Shown: one piece after another, positions 32,221-42,522 of the stretch
How positions within the stretch are numbered: the first letter of the stretch is position 1
Layout: every line of letters begins with the position of its first letter
Assembly: GCA_963817915.1 (NCBI GenBank)
Contig: CAWFQL010000017.1
Span: forward strand, 64,001 to 128,000
DNA length: 64,000 nt
Reading direction: 5' to 3'
Source of the DNA: an uncultured candidate division Zixibacteria bacterium
GTDB taxonomy: Bacteria > Zixibacteria > MSB-5A5 > UBA10806
Translations under genes and position numbers: made by a program
Notes under the pieces: model-generated
Databases searched by the model: none
What the model was told of the DNA's origin: nothing
The model's input: the letters and a program-made list of their open reading frames with translations, nothing else

Positions 32221-32691
32221 ATGATAAAAGAGCCATACAAAAAGATCTCCAAGACGGTAGAGTCTTTGATGGAATGGAATGGTGGCATGGGATTCACCTG
32301 CAAATCCGGTTCCGGACATGATATTATCACTGACGCTTCTTCGCAGCACGGTGGTGGGGATTTGGGGGCCAGGCCGATGGAATTGCTTCTGTTTTCATTG
32401 GGCGGATGCACAGGCATGGATATCGTTACTTTTCTGAAAAAGAAACGTCGTGATATCAAGGATGTGAAATTAAAGCTTTCCGGGCAGAGGGCGCCGGTAC
32501 ATCCACACGTATTTGAGGCTATAAGTATCGAATATATTATCAGCGGTTCGGATTTAACCGACGATGATATCCGCTGGGCGATAGATTTATCGCTCAATAA
32601 ATATTGTTCAGTAGCGGGGATGATCAAGAAAGTATGCAAAATTAATTTTAAATGGAAGATTATTCGTACAAAGGCCGGTGATAGTAAGTGA
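32221..32691 (+). CDS. OsmC/YhfA family protein
   Basis: GARPMELLLFSLGGCTGMD and KYCSV. Confidence 0.9.
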   Translation: MIKEPYKKISKTVESLMEWNGGMGFTCKSGSGHDIITDASSQHGGGDLGARPMELLLFSLGGCTGMDIVTFLKKKRRDIKDVKLKLSGQRAPVHPHVFEAISIEYIISGSDLTDDDIRWAIDLSLNKYCSVAGMIKKVCKINFKWKIIRTKAGDSK

Positions 32692-33524
32692 ACGGTTATA
32701 GGCCATTTAGATCAGATTTCCAGAATACCATAAACGGTATGTTTCCGCCTGCAATTCAATGGCTGCTTTTGATCAATGCCGCTTTGTTTCTGATTCCAAG
32801 GATAATCCCGATTAATATAGATTTATTCGACCGGATATTTGGCCTGGTGCCCGCGTATATATGGACAAAATTTTACTTGTGGCAATTGGCTACGTATCTT
32901 TTTCTGCATGGTGGATTCTGGCATATTTTCATGAATATGCTGATTCTGTGGATGTTTGGAGCTGAACTTGAGCGCACCTGGGGTAGTCGCGAATTCGTAA
33001 AATTCTATTTTGTCGCAGGTATCGGCGCCGGTATCGTCAATGTGATTTTCGCGGCTATAATGCCGGCGATGTCATACACGCCGATCATCGGAGCGTCGGG
33101 TGCGATTTATGGAGTGTTAGTGGCATATGCCATGCTTTTCCCAGATCGTTATGTACTCCTTTATTTTCTGATACCAATCAAGGTTAAATATATGGTGATT
33201 GGTTTGGTCGCGATTGAATTCGCGTTATCCTATAATGCCGATGGTGTTGCCCATTTTGCGCATCTTGGTGGGGCGCTGGTTGGATTTTTATATTTAAAAT
33301 CCGACATGAAATGGCGTATCAAGCGCTGGTCTCCGATCGATTATTTCAAGAGGGTAAAGGCCGAAGCCATGGCCAAAAAGCGAAGTGAAGGCATGAAAAT
33401 AATGGATGAAGTCGATGCTATCCTGGATAAGATCAACCAGGTGGGATATGATAATCTTACCCGTCGCGAAAAGAAAATTCTGGAAAAAGCTTCAGATAAT
33501 CTTTCCAAGCAGGATAGAAAATGA
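32688..33524 (+). CDS. Rhomboid intramembrane serine protease
   Basis: WQLATYLFLHG, HIFMNM, catalytic GASG, AHLGG, and VDAILDKI tail. Confidence 0.93.
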   Translation: MNGYRPFRSDFQNTINGMFPPAIQWLLLINAALFLIPRIIPINIDLFDRIFGLVPAYIWTKFYLWQLATYLFLHGGFWHIFMNMLILWMFGAELERTWGSREFVKFYFVAGIGAGIVNVIFAAIMPAMSYTPIIGASGAIYGVLVAYAMLFPDRYVLLYFLIPIKVKYMVIGLVAIEFALSYNADGVAHFAHLGGALVGFLYLKSDMKWRIKRWSPIDYFKRVKAEAMAKKRSEGMKIMDEVDAILDKINQVGYDNLTRREKKILEKASDNLSKQDRK

Positions 33525-33603
33525 GATTTAAGTATAGGCCTCGACTGTCCGATGGATATTCTGTAATACTATTTTCGGCCGGAACGCGACCAATGGAGGG
33601 ACA

Positions 33604-34692
33604 ATGAAAAAGATTGTTGTGGCCGAGGCATCCTCGACAATCAAGAGTGTGGCCGATTCTCTCCTGCGCCAGAACGGATTCGATGTTTACTGTACATCGG
33701 ATGGGCTTCAGGCGTGGGAAGTTATCACTGCTGAAAAGCCCGATCTGGTAATTGCCGGCGCTGTACTTTCGGGAATCTCAGGCCTTGAATTATGTCGTCA
33801 GATGGTCGGGGATCGAATTTCCGGCGGAATTCCCACTATTATAATGTACGGGGCCAAAGACCCTGTGAAACAGGAAGATATTTTGTCATGCGGCGCGAGG
33901 GGCCAATTGAAAAAGCCATTTTCGCCTCGTGATTTGCTGGATATAGTGAATAAATTGGTTGGCGCGACCGGCGATACTTCGGCCGCCAAAATTAAAACTA
34001 GTGTCGATAGAGAAAGCGAAAAAACATTCCATGGTGTTAATGTTCAATCTACCGGCGTCAGGAGCGAATCGAGCAAGAAAGTAGTTTATAATCTCGATTG
34101 GTCCGACTTGAACGAGACCGGCGGCAAAAAGGGAGAACAGCCTAAGGTTAAGAGCATTGATCTTTCCTCTGAGGATCAAGGACTTTCAATAGAAGAGGAT
34201 CAATACGGATTGACCAGCACCGACGAAGCTCGTGACAACGCCGTATTTGTCGGCAAAAAGGATAAAGACGAAGATTATGACTGGTTTCTTAATGAGATGC
34301 AGAGGGAGTTGGAAAACAAGCCGTTAGCGGCGGATCACGGCAAAATTAGAGAAGAGAAATCATTTAATACCCCTAAGCCGGCCCCTGAAAAAATATCAGC
34401 GGGCAATTTAAATTATGACGATATTAAAGCCCCTGCAAAATCCACAGACTACGAAGATTTTATATCAGGCATCGATGTTGGGGAAGAGGAAATTCCGAAG
34501 CTGGGCGAGCCCGCCAGGGCACTTCCAGTTACACCCATAATAGACAAGTTCAAATCGGAACCCCATGTTAAGCTTTCCGAAAGCGAAATAGATCTTATTG
34601 CCAATCAGATAGCCACCAAATTGGCGACCGCAATAGCGGCAAAAATTGATAAAAGCCAGATAGTACAGATTATAAAGAATTCACTCGGATAA
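33604..34692 (+). CDS. Atypical response regulator (pseudo-receiver, long acidic linker, helical C-terminus)
   Basis: Receiver fold with KKPF, but the phospho-Asp site reads PDLVIAG; no DNA-binding domain visible. Confidence 0.75.
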   Translation: MKKIVVAEASSTIKSVADSLLRQNGFDVYCTSDGLQAWEVITAEKPDLVIAGAVLSGISGLELCRQMVGDRISGGIPTIIMYGAKDPVKQEDILSCGARGQLKKPFSPRDLLDIVNKLVGATGDTSAAKIKTSVDRESEKTFHGVNVQSTGVRSESSKKVVYNLDWSDLNETGGKKGEQPKVKSIDLSSEDQGLSIEEDQYGLTSTDEARDNAVFVGKKDKDEDYDWFLNEMQRELENKPLAADHGKIREEKSFNTPKPAPEKISAGNLNYDDIKAPAKSTDYEDFISGIDVGEEEIPKLGEPARALPVTPIIDKFKSEPHVKLSESEIDLIANQIATKLATAIAAKIDKSQIVQIIKNSLG

Positions 34693-34729
34693 TTAAAGAT
34701 AATTGAATCCTTATTAAGCCAAAGATGAA

Positions 34730-34768
34730 GCCGCCGTAAGATTGAATTTTGCGGCGGTTATTAATTTT
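34730..34768 (+). terminator. Possible terminator hairpin
   Basis: GCCGCCGTAA...TTGCGGCGGT followed by an AT-rich run. Confidence 0.55.
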
Positions 34769-34837
34769 GGTTGCGTTGAAGCGCCGAAATTACGATTTTA
34801 TGACAGATGTTATGACAACTATGATTTGGAGGAATAA

Positions 34838-35554
34838 ATGGATTTAGTCGACATGTCGGTAGGATTGGCTTTTATCGCCGGACTGTTGTCGTTTTTCTCG
34901 CCGTGCGTGCTGCCATTAGTGCCGGGATATCTATCGTTTATATCAGGTGTTTCCATCGACGAATTGAAAACCGGAAAACGGTACGATTTCCTGTTGCGGG
35001 TATTGATCAATATTCTATTTTTCATATTGGGTTTTTCGGTCGTGTTTACGTTGATTTTTGTCTCGGCATGGGGAGTCAGCAGTTGGCTGGTGGAATACAG
35101 GGATGTATTAGGGAAGATATTTGGAATTCTCGTAATTCTATTCGGCTTGCATTTCATGGGTGTCATCGATTTTAAAATGCTCAATTATGAAAAGCGAATG
35201 CATCAGAATAAAGGGCGATCGGGCATTGTGAGTTCCATAATTGTCGGAGTTACATTTTCATTGGGATGGTCGCCTTGCACTGGGCCGTATCTGGCAACGA
35301 TCGCGGGGCTTGCCAGCGCCAAGGAGACTGTCTGGCAGGGATTCGGTTTTCTGCTTTTTTATATAATTGGATTAGGAGTTCCATTTATAATTTCGGGATT
35401 ACTTTTCAATGGATTTGTGAGTTTCGCGTCGAAAGTGAAGAAATTTCTCAGGGTCATCGAATTTGGCGGAGGTTTGCTCCTGGCGATTGTAGGCGTGTTA
35501 CTGGTTTTTGGCAATTTGCAACAGATCGCGAATGATATTATCGACTTTTTCTAA
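34838..35554 (+). CDS. ccdA: Cytochrome c biogenesis / thiol-disulfide transporter CcdA
   Basis: SFFSPCVLPLVPGY and WSPCTGP; six TMs. Confidence 0.92.
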   Translation: MDLVDMSVGLAFIAGLLSFFSPCVLPLVPGYLSFISGVSIDELKTGKRYDFLLRVLINILFFILGFSVVFTLIFVSAWGVSSWLVEYRDVLGKIFGILVILFGLHFMGVIDFKMLNYEKRMHQNKGRSGIVSSIIVGVTFSLGWSPCTGPYLATIAGLASAKETVWQGFGFLLFYIIGLGVPFIISGLLFNGFVSFASKVKKFLRVIEFGGGLLLAIVGVLLVFGNLQQIANDIIDFF

Positions 35555-35569
35555 AAATAAAGTGGACAG

Positions 35570-35595
35570 GGAACCCTTTCCGATGATTCCGCGTT
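35570..35595 (+). promoter_or_regulatory. Putative ECF sigma promoter
   Basis: GGAAC-N17-CGTT upstream of the zinc anti-sigma gene. Confidence 0.55.
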
Positions 35596-35755
35596 GATTG
35601 TAGCGGATTTGCAGAATATGGAAAATAGTAGGAGTTAGCTGTAAACAAAGGATAATAAGGGCTGCGATACGCCCGGGCAATTGGACTTATTTCAGGGTTC
35701 AAAGCCGAAGCTTAAACGCCAGGATTTTATTTTATCTAAAGATGGAGAATGAATA

Positions 35756-36589
35756 ATGAAAAACTTAGATTGTTTTGTCAACGATGGCGAATTATTCTTA
35801 TATCTTGACGGTGAAATAAATGCAGATAGAAAAAGAGCTATCGAAGGGCATCTGTCAGCGTGTCCTGATTGCGCGCAAAAACTCGAAATTGAACAGCATA
35901 TAAAATCGTCTATACATGACAATTGCGCTAATTCCAAGGCTCCGGTTGCGCTGCGGGAGAAGATTATTTCCAGCTTATATGATAATTCTCTGGAATTTGA
36001 ACAGGGATTTTGGTATCGGATTAGAATTTTGATGGCGGGAAAGCCGCTTGTCCCTATAGCGGCGGTGGCTGTCCTGATGATAATATTTTTTGGCGCGGTT
36101 ATGTTCAGGCCGGCGGTACCGGGCTCGGTCGCGTTGATCAACGGGGCGATTCAGGAACATTATGAGCATGTGCAGAGTCCGTCGACTCTGGGAATAATAA
36201 GTGACAGCCTCGCCGAAGTATTGCAATGGTTAAGCTCTAAAACCGGCAAGCAGGTCAAGATACCGAATCATCCTTTGATGACAAATGTAGTTGGCGCCTG
36301 CACCGAAAATGGCCCGCACGGGAATATTTCATGCGTCTTCTTCGACTATGATACCCGCCGGATTTCATTTATTATTTCGACGGATTCTTTTGAGGATATC
36401 CCGGGGTATGAATCGAAAATTATGAATAATGTTGAGTTCCATCATGGCAATAATACCGGGATTAATTTTGTTACCTGGAAGAAAAACGAAATGAGTCATA
36501 TCCTCGTGGGAAATTTCTCACCGGATACGTTGATGGAGCTGGCCGGACAAATGTCCAATGTCAATAATATTGTGGCCTCTTCATATTAA
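35756..36589 (+). CDS. Zinc-binding (zf-HC2/ZAS) transmembrane anti-sigma factor
   Basis: YLDGE...HLSACPDC, one TM, extracytoplasmic domain. Confidence 0.82.
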   Translation: MKNLDCFVNDGELFLYLDGEINADRKRAIEGHLSACPDCAQKLEIEQHIKSSIHDNCANSKAPVALREKIISSLYDNSLEFEQGFWYRIRILMAGKPLVPIAAVAVLMIIFFGAVMFRPAVPGSVALINGAIQEHYEHVQSPSTLGIISDSLAEVLQWLSSKTGKQVKIPNHPLMTNVVGACTENGPHGNISCVFFDYDTRRISFIISTDSFEDIPGYESKIMNNVEFHHGNNTGINFVTWKKNEMSHILVGNFSPDTLMELAGQMSNVNNIVASSY

Positions 36590-36780
36590 TTATCGGAATT
36601 TATATTTCCTAAAATTTTTATATTCCATAACTCTCAAATATGCTTGCGCTGGCTTTTTAAAGATTTATCTTGAAACGGCAATGCGTTAGATTTAGTGGTT
36701 TTGACGGAAATAAGAGACCAAGGATCGTTTTCGTTAGCTGGTAATTTGGGGATTGATAATGATTGAAATAATCGTATTCA

Positions 36781-37524
36781 ATGCGAGTCGCCCGAGAGAT
36801 TATGAATTCTAATTTTATTTGTATTACAGCCGAATATCCCGACCCCGAACGAATATCGGCCGGCTTGCTTGGCTGTGTAGGCAAAAAGCACGCCGCCTTT
36901 CTGCAAAGGGCATTTATGATGGATCTGATTTCGGTGAGCCTGAAAGTGCCCCGGTCAGAAATCGTTTTGGGATTCCGGCCGGATAATTCGCTGGACGGAT
37001 TCAGGGATTTGATATTTTTATATCAAAATGAAGAAAGGGATAGGAAAATTGCGCGAAAGGCAGAAAGCATTGCCTTAATTCCACAGAAAGGCGAAAATAC
37101 AGGCCAGAGGCTCGCAAGTTTATCCGAGGAGATATTTAAAATGGGGGCTAAGAGGCTATTGTTTCTCAAGCCTGACACTCCGTTGATAGACCCTATCGTG
37201 CTTCGCGCGTCATTTGAGCTTTTAAGAGGCAATCAAGTTGTCGCCGGACCGACATTTAACGGTGGCTATTATCTATTGGGAGTCGACAATCATTACCCGT
37301 CGCTATATGACGGCATAGATATACAGCGCGGAAATCTTTACAAGCATTTAATAGACCGTTTGAACGGTTACTCCATGAATTGGCAGGAATTAGAATTATC
37401 ATACGATGTTGAAGGACCGGATGAGCTGGACCAGCTTTGCAGTGATATTGATAACCTGCGCCTGGCAGGAGAGGAGAATTTGTGCATTCACACAGAAAAA
37501 TTTCTAATGAATCTAAAAAAATAG
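36781..37524 (+). CDS. DUF2064 glycosyltransferase-like protein
   Basis: PQKGENTGQRL, DTP, GPTFNGGYYLLG and DVEGPDEL. Confidence 0.75.
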   Translation: MRVAREIMNSNFICITAEYPDPERISAGLLGCVGKKHAAFLQRAFMMDLISVSLKVPRSEIVLGFRPDNSLDGFRDLIFLYQNEERDRKIARKAESIALIPQKGENTGQRLASLSEEIFKMGAKRLLFLKPDTPLIDPIVLRASFELLRGNQVVAGPTFNGGYYLLGVDNHYPSLYDGIDIQRGNLYKHLIDRLNGYSMNWQELELSYDVEGPDELDQLCSDIDNLRLAGEENLCIHTEKFLMNLKK

Positions 37525-38642
37525 ATCAAGAGCCATTAATCACTCCTATTTATCAGAGTTCGACATTCATTTTCCCGGATACCGCATCGCTTATAGCCTA
37601 TCAAAAAGGTGAGGCAAAGGCGTATCTCTATACAAGATACGGCAATCCGACAATCGAATCCGCCGCGAAACGTATGGCCGAACTGGATAAATCAGAATCA
37701 AGCCTCGTGCTGGCATCGGGCATGGCAGCGATTTCAACTGCCTGTCTGACTTTGCTGAGCCCCGGCGATGAGCTGATATCATCATTCCCGATTTATGGCG
37801 GAACGGCGAATTTATTCAATAATATATTCAAACGACTGAAAATTAAGGTCAATTATTTTCCATCGGATGATCTGGAAGCGATGGCTAAATTAGTAAATTC
37901 CAAAACGAAGGTAATCTATCTGGAATCGCCGACTAATCCGAATCTGAAAATTATCGATCTCAAAGCGGCCGCATCATTTGGCCAAAAGAAAAAAATAATG
38001 ACTTTAATCGATTCCACATTCGCAACTCCGATTAACCAGAGACCGATCGAATTTGGAATCGATGTAGTGATTCATTCGGCAACCAAATATCTCGGGGGGC
38101 ATTCGGATATTATCGGCGGGGTTATTTCAGGCTCATCGGAATTCATTCGTCGATCTATGGAAACGATGAAGCTTTTCGGTGGATGCGCCGATCCCCATCA
38201 GGCGTTCCTGCTTGAGCGGGGCTTGAAGACTCTTTGGGCCAGGATGCGAATTCATAATGAGAACGCGATAAGGATCGCGGAATTTTTGGATTCCGAACCC
38301 GGAATTGAAAGAGTGATTTATCCGAGCCTGGAATCCCATCCGCAGCATAGGCTAGCGTTGGATCAGATGTCGGGATTTGGCGGTATCGTCAGTGTCGATT
38401 TAGGGACAGAAGCAAGGGCTATCAAATTTGCGGATTCGCTTAGAGTTTTCAAAAACGCGGTCAGCCTGGGCGGAGTGGAATCGCTTATTTCTATTCCTAT
38501 CTGGACATCCCATATGGGTTTAGACAGAAATGAGCTGGCGAAATCGGGGGTTACACCCGGCCTGGTCCGGCTTTCTGTCGGTATCGAGGATTCTGATTTG
38601 CTGATAGAAGACATCAAGAATTCATTAGAAAAATTGAATTGA
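37482..38642 (+). CDS. Cys/Met metabolism PLP-dependent enzyme (cystathionine gamma-synthase/lyase or methionine gamma-lyase)
   Basis: PIYQSSTF, YTRYGNPT, SGMAA, ESPTNP, PLP-Lys HSATKYLGGHSD and SLGGVES; GTG start with GGAG RBS. Confidence 0.93.
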   Translation: MHSHRKISNESKKIDQEPLITPIYQSSTFIFPDTASLIAYQKGEAKAYLYTRYGNPTIESAAKRMAELDKSESSLVLASGMAAISTACLTLLSPGDELISSFPIYGGTANLFNNIFKRLKIKVNYFPSDDLEAMAKLVNSKTKVIYLESPTNPNLKIIDLKAAASFGQKKKIMTLIDSTFATPINQRPIEFGIDVVIHSATKYLGGHSDIIGGVISGSSEFIRRSMETMKLFGGCADPHQAFLLERGLKTLWARMRIHNENAIRIAEFLDSEPGIERVIYPSLESHPQHRLALDQMSGFGGIVSVDLGTEARAIKFADSLRVFKNAVSLGGVESLISIPIWTSHMGLDRNELAKSGVTPGLVRLSVGIEDSDLLIEDIKNSLEKLN

Positions 38643-38814
38643 TTCGCTAGAATCTGTTCCAATTTCCCCAATTATTAAAAAAGCATAAATCTATGCCGAT
38701 TAATATATTGACAGCCATTCAATATATTGGATGGCATTTCGAAATATTTTATTTCTGGTAATGGAATCATATTTCCTATTATGGCTATTTTGACTGTAGA
38801 GGATCATCGAGCAA

Positions 38815-40497
38815 ATGAATGATCAATGGATGGCGACTACCACGGTAGAAAACCGCGCGGTTGCCAATTATAAGCTTGTCGAATTAATAGGCGCCGGAGG
38901 AATGGCTAATATTTATAAAGCCATTCAGCTTTCCCTGGATCGCCCAGTAGCCTTGAAAATCATGCACGAACATCTGATTATAAACGAAGGATTCATAGCT
39001 CGATTCGAAAAAGAAGCCAAGCAGGCGGCGCATCTGCACCATGAAAATATAGTTTCGATTATCGATTACGGCCATTGCGATTCCAAGTATTTCATCGCCA
39101 TGGAATATATCGACGGGAAAAATCTCAAGCAGATTTTGGAGATTCAGAAACGTCTGCCATTGGAAATTTGCCTTCTAATCTGCCAGCAGGTAGCTGAAGG
39201 GCTCAAATATGCTCATAGCCATAATTTAGTTCATAGGGATATCAAGCCCGCCAACATAATACTATCCTATGATGGTAGAGTATTGATAACCGATTTTGGT
39301 ATTGCCAAAGGCAATGATGATTTATCGATCACGGCGACCGGCCAGATGGTCGGCTCTCCGGCCTATATGTCACCCGAGCAGGCGGCCGGACGGCATACCG
39401 ACCATCGTTCCGATCTATTCAGCCTGGGGATTATATTCTATGAGATAATCGCGGGCGGCAAGCCGTTCAACGGCGATTCTTATCAGCAGATGATAACCTC
39501 GATAATGTCCCAAACGCCACAGCTTCTGAATGAAATCAGAGTCGATGTCTCTCCCGAAATTGCGCAGATTGCTCAAAAGGCATTGATAAAGGATGTCGAT
39601 ACACGTTATCAGACAGCCGAGGAGTTTTCGGATGTGCTTCAAGCCCAGCTTGCCAATTTCAAGATTCCACCAGTTAAGAGCCTTATAGCGAATTTCCTGA
39701 AAAATCCCATCAAGATGACCGAGAAATTAAGAGAAGATAAAATCTCGAATCACCTCGAATCAGCATTGTATTTTGTCAATCTTGGCGAGGGTAAATTGGC
39801 GGAGGCTCGGAGGGAATTCCAGGAAGTGCTTAGATTCGATAAAAACAATAAGGCCGCGAAAGAGTTTTTGAGTAAAATACAAGGGCATCTCGAACAGACC
39901 GGCGCGCCCAGCAATCCGAAACCGAAAGCCAGATTTCCCTGGATATGGAATTTTTCGGCGATATTCTCTATATTGATTTTGGCCGCGCTAATGACGGTTT
40001 ATATCCCTCGTTGGAAGAAATCATCGGCTTCCATGAATAAAACAAATGCAGGTACCGGTCAATTATCGGCTGATGATACTTCTCAGAATTCACAGACAAT
40101 TTTGCCTAAGATTATCGAACGGCAGGGTAATACTGAAAACACGGGGGATAATTCTCGACCGCCAGTCAATACCAGGAATAAATCCAACGGGTCATCGGCG
40201 AATAATGAAAAATCGAATGTTCAGAAATCGGTTAATAGGCAATCAACTGCTTCGTATAATTATCCCAACCAGAATTTAATAGATTATGGAACGCTAACAG
40301 TGAAAACCAATGTGCCCGCCGATATTGAAATAGACCAGACTTATTATGGCAAGAGCAACGGCCCGGTGATCAAAATCGCTCCCGGCCGGCATGTTCTGTC
40401 GGTTCAGGCCGATGGTTATTCGGCCCAGAAAAAAAGAATTTTCTCCGAGAAAGATAAGGCCGTTAATTTCGAATTGGATTTAATCCCAGGCAAATAA
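38815..40497 (+). CDS. Hanks-type Ser/Thr kinase with TPR-like segment, TM helix and C-terminal PEGA domain
   Basis: GAGGMA, VALK, HRDIKPAN, DFG, YMSPEQ; TM; GTLTVKTNVPA...PGRHVLSV...GY. Confidence 0.9.
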   Translation: MNDQWMATTTVENRAVANYKLVELIGAGGMANIYKAIQLSLDRPVALKIMHEHLIINEGFIARFEKEAKQAAHLHHENIVSIIDYGHCDSKYFIAMEYIDGKNLKQILEIQKRLPLEICLLICQQVAEGLKYAHSHNLVHRDIKPANIILSYDGRVLITDFGIAKGNDDLSITATGQMVGSPAYMSPEQAAGRHTDHRSDLFSLGIIFYEIIAGGKPFNGDSYQQMITSIMSQTPQLLNEIRVDVSPEIAQIAQKALIKDVDTRYQTAEEFSDVLQAQLANFKIPPVKSLIANFLKNPIKMTEKLREDKISNHLESALYFVNLGEGKLAEARREFQEVLRFDKNNKAAKEFLSKIQGHLEQTGAPSNPKPKARFPWIWNFSAIFSILILAALMTVYIPRWKKSSASMNKTNAGTGQLSADDTSQNSQTILPKIIERQGNTENTGDNSRPPVNTRNKSNGSSANNEKSNVQKSVNRQSTASYNYPNQNLIDYGTLTVKTNVPADIEIDQTYYGKSNGPVIKIAPGRHVLSVQADGYSAQKKRIFSEKDKAVNFELDLIPGK

Positions 40498-40624
40498 TCA
40501 TATCTATCCCAATTGCGGGAATCCTCACGATATCTTATAATCAATCTATGAAATACTCGATGCCAAGCTCACGGCAGGCAATCTCCAATTCAAGATCGAT
40601 TTTCCTCATACGGAAAGCATTTAT

Positions 40625-41521
40625 TTGAAAAACAGCGCTAATACTAATTTACATAATTATCTTCCGGATATCTCATTATTCATTGCGACACTTGTCTGGG
40701 GATCGACATTTACTGTATTAAAAGTGGTATTGGGTAATGATATATCACCGGTATTATTCGTCTTTATTCGTTTCTCGCTGGCGGCGATTCTATTGTATCC
40801 AATATGCAGGAAAAGGCTGAGGGGATTGGGAAAAGACGGAATATCGGGCGGTATACTTCTCGGTATTCTAATTTACGCGGGCTTTTTGACTCAAAGCCTC
40901 GGAATCGGAACCACAACGGCCTCCAAAGCGGCGTTTATTACCGGATTGTCTGCCATTTTCGTGCCGCTGTTTTTATTTTTGCATAAGGGGAAATTTCCAC
41001 AGCTATTAAGCGGAATAGCTATCGTAATCGCCACATTTGGAATGTATATGCTGACGGGGCCATCGGGCGGCGGGTTTACATTCGGGGATTTTCTCGTACT
41101 TCTCTGTGCGGTATCATTTGGGGCGCAAATCTATTTCATGGGAGTGATAACTGTCGGCCGGGACGCGCTGGCATTAACGTTTGTAGAGCTGGCTACGACC
41201 GTAGTACTGTCTGCGCTGTCGCTTCCGTTCGAAAATATGAAATTGAATATTACCTGGGCATCGTTGGGCGCGATAGCTTTCATGTCAATTCTGCCGACAT
41301 TCGGCGGACTGCTAGTACAGGCCTGGGCTCAGAAGAAGACTAATGCTGTCAGGGTGGGTTTGATTTTCACGGCGGAGCCTGTCTTCGCCTATGTATTTGC
41401 TTTCTTTTTATTGGGCGAGAACTTTAACACAATCCAATTGATTGGCGCGGCGATAATTATCCTGGCGGTGCTGACATCGGAAGTGCTGCCGATGATGATG
41501 GGCAATAATAAAGAAGTTTAG
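40625..41521 (+). CDS. EamA/DMT family transporter
   Basis: WGSTF, RF, KAAFIT and EPVFA; about ten TMs. Confidence 0.92.
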   Translation: MKNSANTNLHNYLPDISLFIATLVWGSTFTVLKVVLGNDISPVLFVFIRFSLAAILLYPICRKRLRGLGKDGISGGILLGILIYAGFLTQSLGIGTTTASKAAFITGLSAIFVPLFLFLHKGKFPQLLSGIAIVIATFGMYMLTGPSGGGFTFGDFLVLLCAVSFGAQIYFMGVITVGRDALALTFVELATTVVLSALSLPFENMKLNITWASLGAIAFMSILPTFGGLLVQAWAQKKTNAVRVGLIFTAEPVFAYVFAFFLLGENFNTIQLIGAAIIILAVLTSEVLPMMMGNNKEV

Positions 41522-41583
41522 CATTTTCGAAAATTAAAAATCGCTTCACTTTTTTATAATCCGGAATTATTCTCTATCTGTTT

Positions 41584-42522
41584 ATGGTATCTAATAAATT
41601 GGGCATTCTAATAGACAACTCGTTTTTCCTGCATGATACCGGGGCATGGCATCCGGAATCGCCGGAGAGATTACGCGCTATAGAGGAAGCCATAGATAGC
41701 ATCAAGATTCCTTATACTAAAATTAAAGCCCGGCTGGCAACTCGCGATGAGCTACTATTGATTCATAAGCCCCAATATGTGGATTATATTTTAAACAGCC
41801 AAACCGCCAATTCGATCCAACTCGATCCCGATACATTGCTATCGCTTCATTCGAAGGAGGCGGCGTTAATGGCTGTGGGAGGGACAATCGAGGCGGTGAA
41901 TATGGTGATCGATGGCACAATAGATCGCGCGTTCTGCGCGGTGAGGCCGCCGGGACATCACGCGAGATCGGGGGCCGCAATGGGTTTTTGTATTTTCAAT
42001 AATGTCGCAATCGCCGCGGCATACGCTCTTGCGAAGAAAAGCATCGAACGAGCGGCAATAATCGATTGGGACGTGCATCACGGCAATGGCACCGCGGAAT
42101 CGTTTTATCGGAATCCGAATGTGCTTTATATATCAATGCATCAGTATCCCTATTATCCGGGAACCGGTTCAGAAGTCGAGCAGGGAGAAGGTGAAGGATT
42201 GGGGTTTACGCTAAATATCCCTATGCCAGCAGGTTCGAATGATGACGATTACAGGAAAGCATTTAAAACCAAAATTCTGCCGGAGCTTCAAAAATTCGCT
42301 CCTGATATTGTCTTCATTTCGGCAGGATTCGATGCCCATGAAGATGATCCGCTCGGCGGGATAAAGCTTTCGACTGAGTTTTTCGGAGAGATGACAAGAA
42401 TAGTTTGTGACATAGCTGATAAATATTCAAAATGCCGACTTGTTTCCGTGCTTGAAGGGGGTTATAATCTAAATGCCCTGAGGGATTCGGTGAAGGTTCA
42501 TTTGGAGGAATTGGCAAAATGA
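41584..42522 (+). CDS. Histone deacetylase family protein
   Basis: HPESPERL, RPPGHHA, GFCIFNN, DWDVHHGNGT, SAGFDAH and LEGGY. Confidence 0.95.
   Translation: MVSNKLGILIDNSFFLHDTGAWHPESPERLRAIEEAIDSIKIPYTKIKARLATRDELLLIHKPQYVDYILNSQTANSIQLDPDTLLSLHSKEAALMAVGGTIEAVNMVIDGTIDRAFCAVRPPGHHARSGAAMGFCIFNNVAIAAAYALAKKSIERAAIIDWDVHHGNGTAESFYRNPNVLYISMHQYPYYPGTGSEVEQGEGEGLGFTLNIPMPAGSNDDDYRKAFKTKILPELQKFAPDIVFISAGFDAHEDDPLGGIKLSTEFFGEMTRIVCDIADKYSKCRLVSVLEGGYNLNALRDSVKVHLEELAK

Noticed and set aside
35600..35755. Remnant ECF sigma gene upstream of the orphan anti-sigma
   Set aside because: Only about 150 bp, and no frame shows sigma region 2 or 4 motifs.
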